NCBI GenBank assembly: GCA_034226945.1
Contig: CP120456.1
Location: forward strand, 682,001 to 746,000
DNA length: 64,000 nt
DNA from: Picochlorum sp. SENEW3
Lineage: Eukaryota
Reading direction: 5' to 3'
A program made the translations under genes and the position numbers. Shown piece by piece: positions 1-14,146 of this stretch (position 1 is the first letter of the stretch; each line of letters begins with the position of its first letter). The notes beneath the pieces were generated by a model that worked only from the letters and a program-made list of their open reading frames with translations, did not search any database and was not told where the DNA came from.

Positions 1-911
1 TCCAGTACTTGACCTGTAGGGTTCCCTGGATTGATGACGGCAATAGCTCTTGGGCATTTTCCCGAGTCTCTGGCCTGTTGAATAGTTTGCCTGAGCTTAT
101 CGACAGTACACTGCCACCCATCCTGTTCTTCAAGGTAATATCCCACCATAGTCCCTCCTGCAGTATCCATATAACAATCATATATAGTATCATTTATACG
201 GAATGTATTACTTCACACCATACATACCATACAGACTCAAAGTTGCAGAGTACAGGGGATACTGAGGGATGGGCACCAGCACAGCGTCATTCTGGTTCCG
301 AATAAGAATCCTCATGATATAATTCACAGAAGCGCTGGCACCATCTGTCAACCATATATTGTCAACTTCACATGGGTACCCGTCTCTCTCAGAGATACCT
401 TTTGCAACATGCTCGCGACAGATCAAGGCACCCTTTGACTCACTGTAAGCCCCAGTACCACCCTTGATGTTGGACAGGTACTCCCTGGCCCTCGCCAACA
501 CATCGTCAGGGAAGATTTTCTTCGCCTCTTCCTTCTCTAAGAGCTGCATGCACAAATATGACTAAGAGCTCATTTGACGTTGCGCAAAACCCCCGACCCT
601 GAACCTACCTCAGGATAGTCACAAATCGCCAAAACCTGACGAAAGAAGGAGATTGGTTTCTGTTCAAGAATTTGAGGATTACCTACGCAAATCAAATGCG
701 ACGATCAGAGGGTGGCACACGCTTGAGTCGAAGTTGAGACCAACGCACCAATGTTACACTGAACAAGGCTCTCGAAGCCAAGATCTTCCCCATTCCGTAA
801 TTTTTCTCCATGTTGTTGCGCTTTAACGGCAATGGCACCTCGAACAGCATATTCTGCGGCAACGACGTTTGGGTTGATGTTGCTCACGTCGAGAGTAGGA
901 GTTTTTGACAT
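1..911 (-). CDS. Alanine aminotransferase / glutamate:glyoxylate aminotransferase family (class I PLP), 3' end runs off the window
   Basis: Spliced exons (911-749, 682-609, 543-228, 157-1) give INPNVVAAEYAVRG, CNIGNPQ..QKPISFFRQVLAICDYPE, LTDGAS, PIPQYPLYSAT and VINPGNPTGQVL. The N-terminal motifs look closer to AlaAT than to plant GGAT. Confidence 0.9.
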
Positions 912-1241
912 GGTTGTCCTTGTATGTCGATATGTATCTCAGAAAATGTTACGATTGAGTAAACGATAGATTATTAGTAATAGATCTCTATCCATCGCAT
1001 CTGATACTATCCTCTACATTGTAGTAGTAAGATGGAGTACCCTAGTGGTTTGAGACCTCTGATAATTTGCTGAAACCAAACATTCACTTTCCTCGATGGT
1101 GAACCATCGACGACAGTGAACAGTAAAACCTTTGGCGATGGCCCTCAATTTTATGCATTTGATTTACAATATTTAATTCAATTAATCGGGGCTCTGATCG
1201 TCTATCAGAGAGTAGATCAGAGTATAGTAGTATTGATCGAC
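912..1241. promoter_or_regulatory. Bidirectional promoter between AlaAT/GGAT and AGXT
   Basis: 330 bp between divergent ATGs. Contains GTAGTAG (1021), GAGTACCCT (1035), ACCTCTGAT (1055) and further CTCTGAT/ATCAGAG copies. Confidence 0.55.
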
Positions 1242-2669
1242 ATGTTAGCCTCTGTATCCAGGGCGGCAAGAAGAGCCTATCCAGAGGCTCAGGCCTGTTT
1301 CAGGACTGTTTCTTCGACTCAGGCTGCTATGAATACCTCCCTAAGACCTGATGTACGTATTATCGAGGTGATCTGTTGAGTATGCCTGCATATTTGGAAT
1401 TTGTCCTGACGATCGATGTGACACGCGCAGGAAGAGATGCACGCGATTGATGAGTCAAGTAAAGGTCCATCTGGTGTGTTGGAAGTCCCCAGAAGGTTTC
1501 TGATGGGTCCTGGGCCGGCGAATGCCGACCCAAGGGTATTAAACGCGCAGGCTCTTCCTCTGCTTGGGCACATGTGCGTTTATTTTGGTCTGCCGTATAT
1601 TTGATTAAATTTGAGTGTCTAAATGCTAATGTTTTACAGGCATCCACCATTCTTGAAGATTATGGATGAGATCCAGGAAGGCCTCAGGTACCTGTTCCAG
1701 ACAAAGTCTCCATATACACTGTGTGTGAGTGGGACTGGTCATGCTGGTATGGAAGCTTGCATCGCCAATTTGGTGGAGCCAGGGGAGACTGTGATTGTTG
1801 GGAACAAGGGAATTTGGGGAGAACGTGTGTGTGACATGGCGGGAAGATTTGGCGCAAATGTTGTGGAATTGAAGAAAGAGGCAGGCAAGACATTTTCTTT
1901 TGACGAGTTGAAGGCGGCGGTGGAGAAGGAGAAGCCAGCAGTGCTCTTCTTGTGCCAAGGAGAGTCATCTACTGGAGTGCAACAGAGTCTTGCAGGGCTT
2001 GGTGATTTGTGCGAAAAGAATGGCACTCTGCTCTTGGTGGATACCGTCTGTTCCTTGGGTGGAGTTCCATTGTTTGCTGATGAGTGGAAGGTGGATGCCA
2101 TTTACAGTGGAAGCCAGAAATGCTTGTCTGCCCCACCTGGTGCTGCCCCCCTTTTCCTCAGCCAGAGGGCTTTGGACAAGATCAAATCACGCAAGACAAA
2201 AGTGCGCAGTTATTATTTGGACATGAATCTGGTGGGTGACTACTGGGGATGGTATGGCAGCAGAAGCTATCATCACACTGGAATGGTGAGCATGTGGTAT
2301 TCGATGAGAGAGGCGTTGGCCCTCGTCGCCGAAGAAGGGCTTGATGCAATGTGGAAAAGGCATCAATCTGTCCACGAGCAGCTCTGGGCAGGATTGAGCG
2401 AGATGGGATTGAAGCCTTTCGTGGAGGATCCAAAAGATCGTCTGTGCACTGTGAACACCATCAAGGTTCCAGAGGGAGTTGATTGGGCTGCAGTTTGCAA
2501 AAACGCAATGGACAAGTACGAAGTAGAGATTGCTGGAGGACTTGGACCAAGCGCAGGAAAAGTTTGGAGAATTGGACTCATGGGGTACAATGCTACCCCT
2601 GCCACAGTTGAATTGGTTTTGGCAGCTTTCAAGGATGGCTTGACCAAGCAAGGATATCTTCCAAAGTAA
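1242..2669 (+). CDS. AGT: Alanine:glyoxylate / serine:pyruvate aminotransferase (AGXT-type, class V PLP) with mitochondrial-type presequence
   Basis: Exons 1242-1352, 1431-1573, 1640-2669. Motifs LMGPGPAN, LGHMHP, SGTGHAGME, QGESSTGV, DTVCSLGG, SGSQKCL (PLP Lys), YHHT, GKVWRIGLMG. N-terminus MLASVSRAARRAY; C-terminus YLPK is not a PTS1. Confidence 0.93.
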
Positions 2670-2760
2670 ATTGCATGTTGCAAAAACTATGGTTCGATTT
2701 TAGAAAAAATGTAAAATCATTACGTTTATGAGAATCAAAGAAATGAAAGCAAATGAAAAT

Positions 2761-3941
2761 TTAATTATTCAAAAGGGTTTGCATCTTATCCACCGTGTAC
2801 AGCATTACACCATTAGCAGGGGCAGCTCGTAGCAAACATGGAGTAAATCCTCTATAAAATCGCCCCACACCACCTTCACTCCATAAAGATTTCATGGTAG
2901 ATACGAAGTTTGGATACTTTCTTTCAGAGGGAATGATTGAGTCAGTCATCATTGCACTCTTAATCACATCAACTGGATAAATGGCCAGCCAGTACATGAT
3001 TCCACCCAGGCCACCAGCGCCAATAACAACAGGTGCAGAGAGGTCTTTAACTTCACAATTTTGATGCTCTGCCATCTTCCTCTTCATTACCTCAAATGAT
3101 CCCAGATAGATTGCGTTAGCTGGCGTATTCCTGAGTATTGTTGGCCCGAGTCCCTGGAATGGACCTTTGATGCCAGATGTGGCAATAGTTGCCTTAACAC
3201 ACTGAGTTACTGTTGTATAAGGAGCTGCAGTTGTACAAAAAATAAATAAATGTCGTGAATCCAGTGATCAACAAAATTGAATGGAGAAAAACTTACGCTT
3301 GTAGGTAGGATCAGACTTTGCCCTGATAATCTGGACTTGGATCTGCGATTTATAAAAATCTATCGGAGCTTCCGTGAATGCCGCAAGGAAACCCGTTATC
3401 ATACCAGCCTTGTAAAAATCGAGCGTTGTCAGAGTTCTGGTAGTCCCATCTGCATTGGTACCCAGCCATCTCTTTGACTCTCCAAATGCACTGAACAATG
3501 TGGCTCTAAAGAGCATTTGCCCAGCAAGAGGCGATGCAACTCCCTATAGAGTAAATTATACACACAGTGTCATAACAATATTGTATCATCCAACACAAAA
3601 GCCATTCTGCATACCTTGTACAAACCTCCAACTCCTTCCCACTGGAGAGTCTTCTTCAAGCAATCAAAGGCTCCAGAATACACAGGATTCGTTGCGGATT
3701 GTGTCTGTAATCTTACTTTGATAGTATCTACATACATACAGCAGCAATCGATGTTAATTACCGTAACGGATGGCATTGAACAGGTGGTGACCAGAGACAT
3801 ACCAAATGGGTGCCCAACTCCTACGACGGCAATGCCTCCGACAGTTCCAGCAGTACAATCCTTCAGGAATTTCACCACTCCATTGGATGGAGACAACTTA
3901 GCCGTACTCGTCGCCAGGTTTGGTGCTTGAGTCTGCTCCAT
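2761..3941 (-). CDS. Mitochondrial carrier (SLC25), carnitine/acylcarnitine-like subfamily that includes plant BOU and algal CCP1/2
   Basis: Three carrier signature repeats ([34 protein letters not shown]) and [25 protein letters not shown] across 4 exons. Confidence 0.85.
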
Positions 3942-4398
3942 GTGTAACCAAAATTGAAGTGCGACTCGGGAGAAACGAGGATTCCCGAGCGATCTACACC
4001 ACCAAATGAACAAAAAAAGCGAAAAAGACGAAAATGTATCTAGACTATCAAATCTTAATGGCCTTGTAAGCGATTCACACTGGTTTATGGGGCACTACTA
4101 TCTACAATCTGATGGTAGACTTTGTCCATTCTGCCTTGTGTGAACGGTGCATTGTGAGCCCTCAGCAGATTACATTCGTAGTTAAGCCGTGCTAACGAGG
4201 AATGTGGATGGATGCACTGGTTGCGTGAAGACATGAAGGTTTTATCCCTTAGTCTCAATAAAGTCTCAGTGCTAGGTTGATCACTCAACCATGGCCATGT
4301 TTAGCTGTGGACATTACCCATCATGTAGCTGCTGACAGCTGTCACCCTGATTATCTTTCTTTTACATTTCATCGGCGCTTTAGAAGACTGTTGATACC

Positions 4399-5150
4399 AT
4401 GCAAACCATCGTTCGTCGCCAGGGAGGCCGTTTCTATGGCGCTACATGTCGGTGGTTGAGTGACATGCCAACAACGCAAACGCCACCCCCGAACGCAGCG
4501 AGAGGAGCGACTGCTGACCTTTGTGATATTTATATTACCGATCCAGTGGATAAAGTAACACATGGGGGTGTCCAAATCGCACAGCCGATTTTCAAGTACG
4601 CTTGAGAAACCCAGCTCACTATGACCTTAGGGCTTATTTGTTGACAGAACAGGATATCTTCGATCTGCAGGGACCTCGGAGGCAAGATCAGGTTCAGTGG
4701 CAAGATCTCCACTGTTAAGTGCTTTGAGAATAACCCACTTGTGAGGAAAACGCTGGAGGAGGATGGACACGGTCGAGTGTTAGTTGTTGATGGCGGTGGC
4801 AGTTTGAGATGTGCACTGCTTGGTGATAACATCGCTGAGATGGCATATAAGAACGGTTGGGATGTACGTTATGAATCCCTTGTAGTTTGGTTAAGAAAGA
4901 AATTAGGTCAATGTTTTGTGAATTGCAGGGCATTATCATTCATGGTTGCATCCGGGATTCTGAGGACATTGGTAAGATGCCTTTGGGTGTCAAGGCACTA
5001 AATACTTACCCTCTGAAAAGTTCAAAAAGAGATGTAGGGCTTCGAGATGTTCCTTTGACGTTTGCAGGGTGCAATTTTGAGCCAGGAAACTATGTCTATG
5101 CAGACAAGGACGGCATCCTTGTCTCCAAAGAAGAACTTAAAGCAAATTAA
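4399..5150 (+). CDS. RraA-like / 4-hydroxy-4-methyl-2-oxoglutarate aldolase family protein with N-terminal extension
   Basis: Motifs [50 protein letters not shown] over 3 exons. The Arg-rich N-terminus [21 protein letters not shown] resembles a mitochondrial presequence. Confidence 0.9.
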
Positions 5151-5955
5151 TCAATTCATCAGCACTTCCAAGCATCTTCAGCGGCCTCTTTGTATCTCTT
5201 TGTTCATAACTAATTGTCTCGATGTCAGAATGTAAAGATATTCCTAGATCACTCGCGTTTATTTTTTCAATGCTCTTTTTCTTTGCCTTCATTAAATTTG
5301 CTAGGGTTGAATACCGAGGAGTATTCAGCCTCAAATCTGCAGTAACTACAGCTGGTATGGATACATCGATTGTCTGTAGACCGTCATCTATTTCCCTCGT
5401 AACTATTAGTGTATTTCGATCATTGCAATAGTCTACTTGCTTTGCCTGAGTTGCCTGGGCACACTGCATCAATCCAGCCAACATTTGACCAGTTTGACCG
5501 CAATCATCATCCACAGATTGCTTTCCAAGAAAGACTACATCACATGCTTTCATTTGAGCCACATGAGATAGTATTTTCGCAACCTGTAACTGTCTCAGTG
5601 GCTCCTCAGCCAATACGTGCACTGCCTCATCTACAGAACCCTTGGACAAGCCTGTCCTCAACACTTGGACAGCGTCCGCATCACCCACAGTCACAATGGT
5701 CACACCACTAAACACTTTGGATTCCTTTAATCTCAGAGCTTCTTCCAGAGCAATATCACAGAAAGGGTTCAAAGCCCACGCTACTTGAGAAAGATCCAAA
5801 GAACCCTGCATGTAATCAATAAGGCCTTCATCCCTCTTCCTCAACACTCCAATCCAAATCAATATCAGACATACCCCATCCTTATGTACTCGAACGATCG
5901 AGTTGTAATCAGGAACTCGCTTCAAGGCAACAAGGGCTCTTCGAAGAAATGACAT
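5137..5955 (-). CDS. ETFB: Electron transfer flavoprotein beta subunit
   Basis: Motifs VALKRVPD, NPFCDIALEEALRLKE, GKQSVDDDCGQTGQMLAG, REIDDG, DLRLNTPRY..L.N.MKAKKK. One stop-free 69-nt intron at 5806-5874. Confidence 0.92.
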   Translation of the reverse strand: MSFLRRALVALKRVPDYNSIVRVHKDGVCLILIWIGVLRKRDEGLIDYMQGSLDLSQVAWALNPFCDIALEEALRLKESKVFSGVTIVTVGDADAVQVLRTGLSKGSVDEAVHVLAEEPLRQLQVAKILSHVAQMKACDVVFLGKQSVDDDCGQTGQMLAGLMQCAQATQAKQVDYCNDRNTLIVTREIDDGLQTIDVSIPAVVTADLRLNTPRYSTLANLMKAKKKSIEKINASDLGISLHSDIETISYEQRDTKRPLKMLGSADELINLL

Positions 5956-6303
5956 AATCTCAAGGAATTCAACCTGAGCATCGAAATGGCAACTATCTTC
6001 ATCTCATCATGTGCGTATCTAAATATATTGATGGGATAATCAAGCTATTTGACGTTTTAAGCTTGACGTGGCCATGTCCAGCCGAGAGATCTAGATCTCA
6101 GATCTGAGGGCAGTCACATCAGGGACTAAACAATCAGCAAAATCGGTGCATGCATATGACTCAGGAAATTCACATGCGATTGAATATTCTCAATATTGTT
6201 TTATTTATCTGAGTTTCTGAACTCCCCCGAGTGTATCAGTCTTTTGCGTGTACCTTGTCTGTGGCATGAAAGAGCAACGGTGACTCAAGCGCAACATTTC
6301 AGT

Positions 6304-8846
<2,543 letters not shown>

Positions 8847-9196
8847 CATAAGTCATCTTCACTGGTCTATTGAGTACGCATCAATTGACATAACCCACAA
8901 TGTAAATCCCCAAACCAGGAATTGCAAAATTGCAAACAGCAGGCTCGAATGGAGATTGGATCGGCCTGCCATCCCCCTGTGCCGGATTGATGAGGCAACG
9001 AGGGTATTCGAGTATCAGGTCAGAAAGCTTGCATGAACATCAGAGAACTCGATTAAATACAAGATAATAAACCTGGTTGATCGATCTTGGCAGTAAGATG
9101 AGTAGTGTACTGACTCAAACAAAGCACGCCTGCTTCTGCAGTCACTTTCGCAGACAACCAAGTATGTGCCGGATATTTTGGATATAATACAAATCC

Positions 9197-10584
9197 ATGT
9201 ACTCATGTTATATCAAAAATGCAGATAAGCAATTGGGAGCGTCTTTGAATCGCAATAAACAGTTATGGCAGCGTATTTCAGAGTCCCGGGACGGTTTGGT
9301 TACAGCTGCAGTTTCCTCTGAAACTGGATCATATGGTGTCTTCACTCTCAACTATGAGGCTGACAATGTGCGTGATATGATTGAGACAGCAGTTGGTTTT
9401 CGACTTTCACTGGTTCTTACTGTGTGGCCGTTTTTGTAGGAAGATCCAAGGTTGACCAGCACGTGGAAAAAGACTATGAATGTTGTAGTCACAGGAGCTG
9501 CTGGGCAGATTGCAAACCATCTTCTGTTTATGATTGCGTCAGGAGAAGTTTTTGGTAGAGATCAGCCAATTGCTCTTCATCTGCTAGGCTCGGAACGTTC
9601 CAGAGAGGCAGTGGAGGGAGTTGCAATGGAACTGGAGGATTCTCTTTATCCCCTTTTGAGACAAGTGATCATCGGAACGGATCCTTACAAGGTGTTCAAG
9701 GATGCCGATTGGGCTATTCTAATCGGTGCCAAGCCACGAGGTCCTGGTATGGAGCGAGCAGACTTGTTGGACATTAATGGTCAAATCTTTCAGGAACAGG
9801 GCAAGGCCATCAATGAGGTTGCTAGCAGGAACTGCAAGATGATGGTCGTAGGAAACCCCTGCAACACAAATGCAATGATTGCAATGGAAAATGCGCCTGA
9901 TATTCCGAGAGAGAACTGGCATGCTTTGACAAGACTGGATGAGAACAGGGCAAAATGCCAGTTGGGACTAAAGGCTGGAAAGTTCTACACATCTGTTACA
10001 AATATGTGTGTTTGGGGAAATCATTCCACATCACAAGTACCGGACTTTGTTAATGCCAAAATCGGGGGAAAGAGAACTCCCGCAGTTATCAAAGATACAC
10101 AGTGGTTGAAAGAAGAGTTCACACCTACTGTTGCCACGAGAGGTGCAGCTTTGATCAAGAAATGGGGAAGATCCTCTGGAGCATCAACAGCTGTATCTAT
10201 TGCTGATGCACTTCGATCCCTTTATACACCAACTCCTGAAGGAGATTGCTTCTCAAGTGCTGTCTGCACTGATGGAAATCCATATGATCTGGAAGGTACG
10301 AACTCTCATTCTCTCTCTGTCTATTGCATTATCTATATCTGATTCATGTATCGCTTATCATTTTTGTAGAGGGTCTTATTTTCAGTATGCCATGTCGATC
10401 AAATGGCGATGGAACATACGAGGTGATTGACGATTTTGTGATCGATGATTGGCTCAGATCAAAGTTGGAGGCAACCCAGCAGGAATTGATTTTGGAGCGC
10501 GACTGCGTTGGCCACCTGATTCCAAATTCTTCCAGAGCAGTGTGTACTATCAAAGAAGACACAATGTTGCCAGGAGAGAATTAA
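9197..10584 (+). CDS. NADP-MDH: Chloroplast NADP-dependent malate dehydrogenase
   Basis: Motifs [55 protein letters not shown]-terminal regulatory extension C...[10 protein letters not shown]. The N-terminal SYGVFTL lacks the land-plant Cys pair. Confidence 0.95.
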
Positions 10585-10648
10585 TCTTTCTCTGATATAT
10601 TGTCTTGCTGTTTTGAAATTCCATGAGAATTTTTTATCATACATAAAG

Positions 10649-11208
10649 TCACAATGTTTCATGTTTCTTCTTCCTTCTCCTGGTTTTGTGTGCTACCAAT
10701 AAATCATCCTTACTCGTTTTCTGTTTCTTTGGAGCTGAAAACATTTGACTTCGACCCATTTCTTCTTCTTCTTCCTCAACGTCTCCCACCGGGTCTTGTG
10801 ACTGGTTCCTTTTCAGTGTGGCACCAAGTTTACGCTCATGCTGGCGTTTAGAAGAGGACAGTCTTTCGGTCAAGTGCTCATCTACTTTCCATACACTCTG
10901 CATAGATTCCAATAATGGTCTTTCGAACCTTGCCAACGTATTACATTGCATATTCACCCACACCTTTTTCTTTGTTTTTGGTACTTTGTGCCGCCTATAT
11001 CCCAGCCCACTAAATTGTCCCAAGGCAGGCTCTTCTACCGCATCTGCTTGCTCAATCACCTCCTTTTCATTCGTACCAAGCCATTGCGCAGCCTGATCAG
11101 AAGACAACATATCAGTAAAACGCTTCAGCTACAAACAAGGAGCATATCGCATACCAGTCGTAGAGCCTGTCCTGTAGCAACCACTTCGTCCTTCTTCCTG
11201 CCACTCAT
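10649..11208 (-). CDS. Small charged, probably nuclear protein of unknown function
   Basis: Spliced model MSGRKKDEVVATGQALRL|AAQWLG..GLGY..EEEEEEMGRS..RRRKKK, with an acidic patch and an NLS-like tail. Confidence 0.55.
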
Positions 11209-11769
11209 ATCAATTGCTACTAGTATTACTCCTCAGATACATTGTTTCACTTGCGTTCAATCCGGAAAGAAACAACTGAATCTCAGAACTCCTGACTGCT
11301 CGTGAGTGCGCAAGTCCTATTCATCGAAGAGGCGCCAAAAATCACACTAATAATACAAATAATGCTTATTTTTGATACACTTGTTGCATAGGTGAAGGAA
11401 AGACTCGCGAGACCAGTGTATGGCAAATGCAAATGGGCATAGGGCGCCCCAGGATTTGAGTGCCCGGGGCCAATCGGCCCATTCCTGTATCTTTTGAAAA
11501 TAGAACCATAGAAGGATAAAGTGTGTTATACAAGAAAAGTTATTTCATTTCATTGATTTAATTGGAATTGAGCGATCGCATGCGGCATTCTATGAGGTTG
11601 CCAGAAACGAGCAACTTGAAAGAGCTCTTCCCCGGCAGTTGAAAAATCTTTGACCGGTTGTTGGCGAACAATATACATAGTTTTAGCCCCTATCTGTACA
11701 TTAAACGACTTCATCAAGGACTATTGAAAGCCATTTATCGATTGACAGTGGACATTTGTCGACCAATCC

Positions 11770-13851
11770 ATGATGGTCGTTGACCCTACCTGCTCGAGTA
11801 GGGTTGTTGTCGTTCAGGATTTATATGGCCGGTATCTGGGCTATTCTGAGGACAAGGGTGTCCATTTTGCTTCAAAATCTCATAAAATTATTCTCAAATT
11901 GACTGAGGCTGGCGTTGTGCTTGCATTGAGAGAAAACCCCGAACTGGTGTTGATACAGGACAAGGGCTCTGTTCTCGTGGAGAGGAACCCTTTTGATCTA
12001 ACCAAAGCCAGCATAGTTCTCTACTGCAATCTCCAGCGATGTACGATGATTCAATGATCTTCTCTGAGGCATCTGTTTTTTGTGATGATACCATTGTTGT
12101 TTGCAGCTTATGCAATTCAGTTCTCCTCTGCAAAGAGTTTCATAGTAAACTCCCATGGCAAATGTATTGCCTCTGATGAACCATTGAGCACCCGCAAAAC
12201 TTCCAAGCTTTTCAAATTGGAAGTTTTGCTAGACTCTTCTCCCATGAAATGGCCTACACGTATCAATTTACAGGGTACAAGTAGCAAATTGTACCTTGAG
12301 AATTCAAATGGCCAGGTGATGCTTGGAGCAGCTGCCAAATGCTGCACTGAGGAATTCATACTGGAAATTCCATCAGTCCATGCTTCCTCCGATTCTCAAT
12401 GGAAAGGTTGTATTTGGTATGGAGATGGAGAGCACGTGGTGAGTGCTAATCAGGCGTATTCATCTTTGTCTCTGACACGCCAGCATACTTGCTTTGGAAG
12501 AGAGGAGTTCATCTACAATTACGAGGGAAAAAATGTCCTCAGTTTCTGTTTAGTAGAACAAAATAACAGAATAAAAATAAATCTAGAGAATGAGAAGAAA
12601 TTCCAGATGGAAATTTGCTCAAAGCCTTGTGCCATTGTCTCTGTCTATGGAGATGTTCTCTATCCCTTTGTGTTTGATGACCAAGTGGCCAGCAATCGCG
12701 TCGAAACGGTGCATATTTCGGTACAAAACACACGAAAATTGAATTCTGTATGCTCTTCCTGGATATTTAGGCATCACGGTGATTGTATATATTCAATCGA
12801 ATGCTCAGAAACCAGACAGAATCTAATTCTGTCTCCGTTTGGATGTTTGGCATTTTCAGTAAACCAGGATGACAGATATCCTAATCAAGTCGCATTGTTT
12901 GAAGTGGAAATGGTTTGTACACGTCTTTCAGGTGCTCTTACGATTGGTGGTGGGAATGCGTACGTGACTGGCTTCCGTATTTCGTGTGTCCAGAAGTACA
13001 ATGGGCATAAAATGACACTGAATGCCCTTCCCGATGGATCCATCCGGTTGCTGGAGTCTAGTAAGATACCTTGTCCAGACGAAATATTTACCATAGCAGA
13101 CTCCAGAACTGCACAAAATAGTGTATACCTAAAAGGGACCATTTTTGACCCTCATAAGGATGTGATGAGGAAAACCAAGAGCCACATGGTGCTGGGGTCA
13201 CAAATAAACAATCCAACTGTCAGACCGTCTCAATCCTGTGACAATATCGCCGCAAAATTCAGCGAGATGAAATCTGTCGAAGAAAAAAAATGGGGACTTA
13301 TAAGTGCAGCTAGTGCAGAGATGTATCTGGAGTCATTTATCGCAGGTTTCATCTCAAAACATTATGACCTGCAATCTCCTGCTGATATTCAGGTGATCTT
13401 GAATGATCTCTTGCCATCACAGTACATCCACTGCTCCGAGTTCACAGTATTGCGTGATATCCTCTCGAAACAATGCGCCATGAATTCTCCAAACCGCATG
13501 TCTTCAAAAGTTTCTTGCGCAGATATGGTTACGACTGCCATGGTTGATGATGACGAAGAAGGCATCATGCAGATGGCGTCAACTCTCGATGATGAAGAAA
13601 AATGTGAAGCTTTCTTTTGCACAGCATGCAAAGGTAAAACTGGGTTGCTCAAGCCACTGCATCCTGAAATCAACCCGCAGCACCATTTGTATCTCAAAAC
13701 TATGCTGAGGCTGCAGTTTGGGGGCACACGGACTCGGAGAGGACTTCCTACAGCACATCAATCAAACAGGCCAGGCAGCGCACTCGTGCAAAAGTGCATT
13801 TTCCTCGGAGCGTGTGCATTTATGGCATACAAGAAAGTTACTTCGACATAA
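11770..13851 (+). CDS. Uncharacterised protein with fascin/beta-trefoil-like repeats and a hydrophobic C-terminal tail
   Basis: 589-aa ORF plus an upstream exon. Repeated units such as VQDLYGRYL, IVNSHGKCI, LQGTSSKLYL..EEF; C-terminus CIFLGACAFMAYKK. Confidence 0.6.
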
Positions 13852-14146
13852 ACTGTATACTAAAATATACTTGACGCATCATATGTGGCGAGTGGGTTGC
13901 ACATCCAGAACTGGAATAGGAGACTTCCGGATGCATGCATCGCTGCATGGGAAGACCCCAAGAGAGCGCCTTGGACGAACCTGATTTCCAAACCCTAGAC
14001 AAGAGAAGGACAGCAAGGGCTACAAGTACATTATTTGAACAAATTAAATATATGAAAACAAATTAAAAGGATCTGTAAGATTTGAAAGGATTCTACTTGA
14101 TACCAGAAACGAATACACGTAGCGCCGGCGATACCCTCGATCACAG

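Noticed and set aside
1..911. Calling the first gene GGAT outright
   Set aside because: CNIGNPQ and FFRQVLAICDYP look AlaAT-like rather than the GGAT pattern FTNVGNPH, and the C-terminus is outside the window, so it is left at family level.
6084..6108. Tandem AGATCT palindromes in the ETFB/PRP43 divergent promoter
   Set aside because: AGATCT-like words also occur in unrelated intergenic regions of the window; no specific role can be supported.
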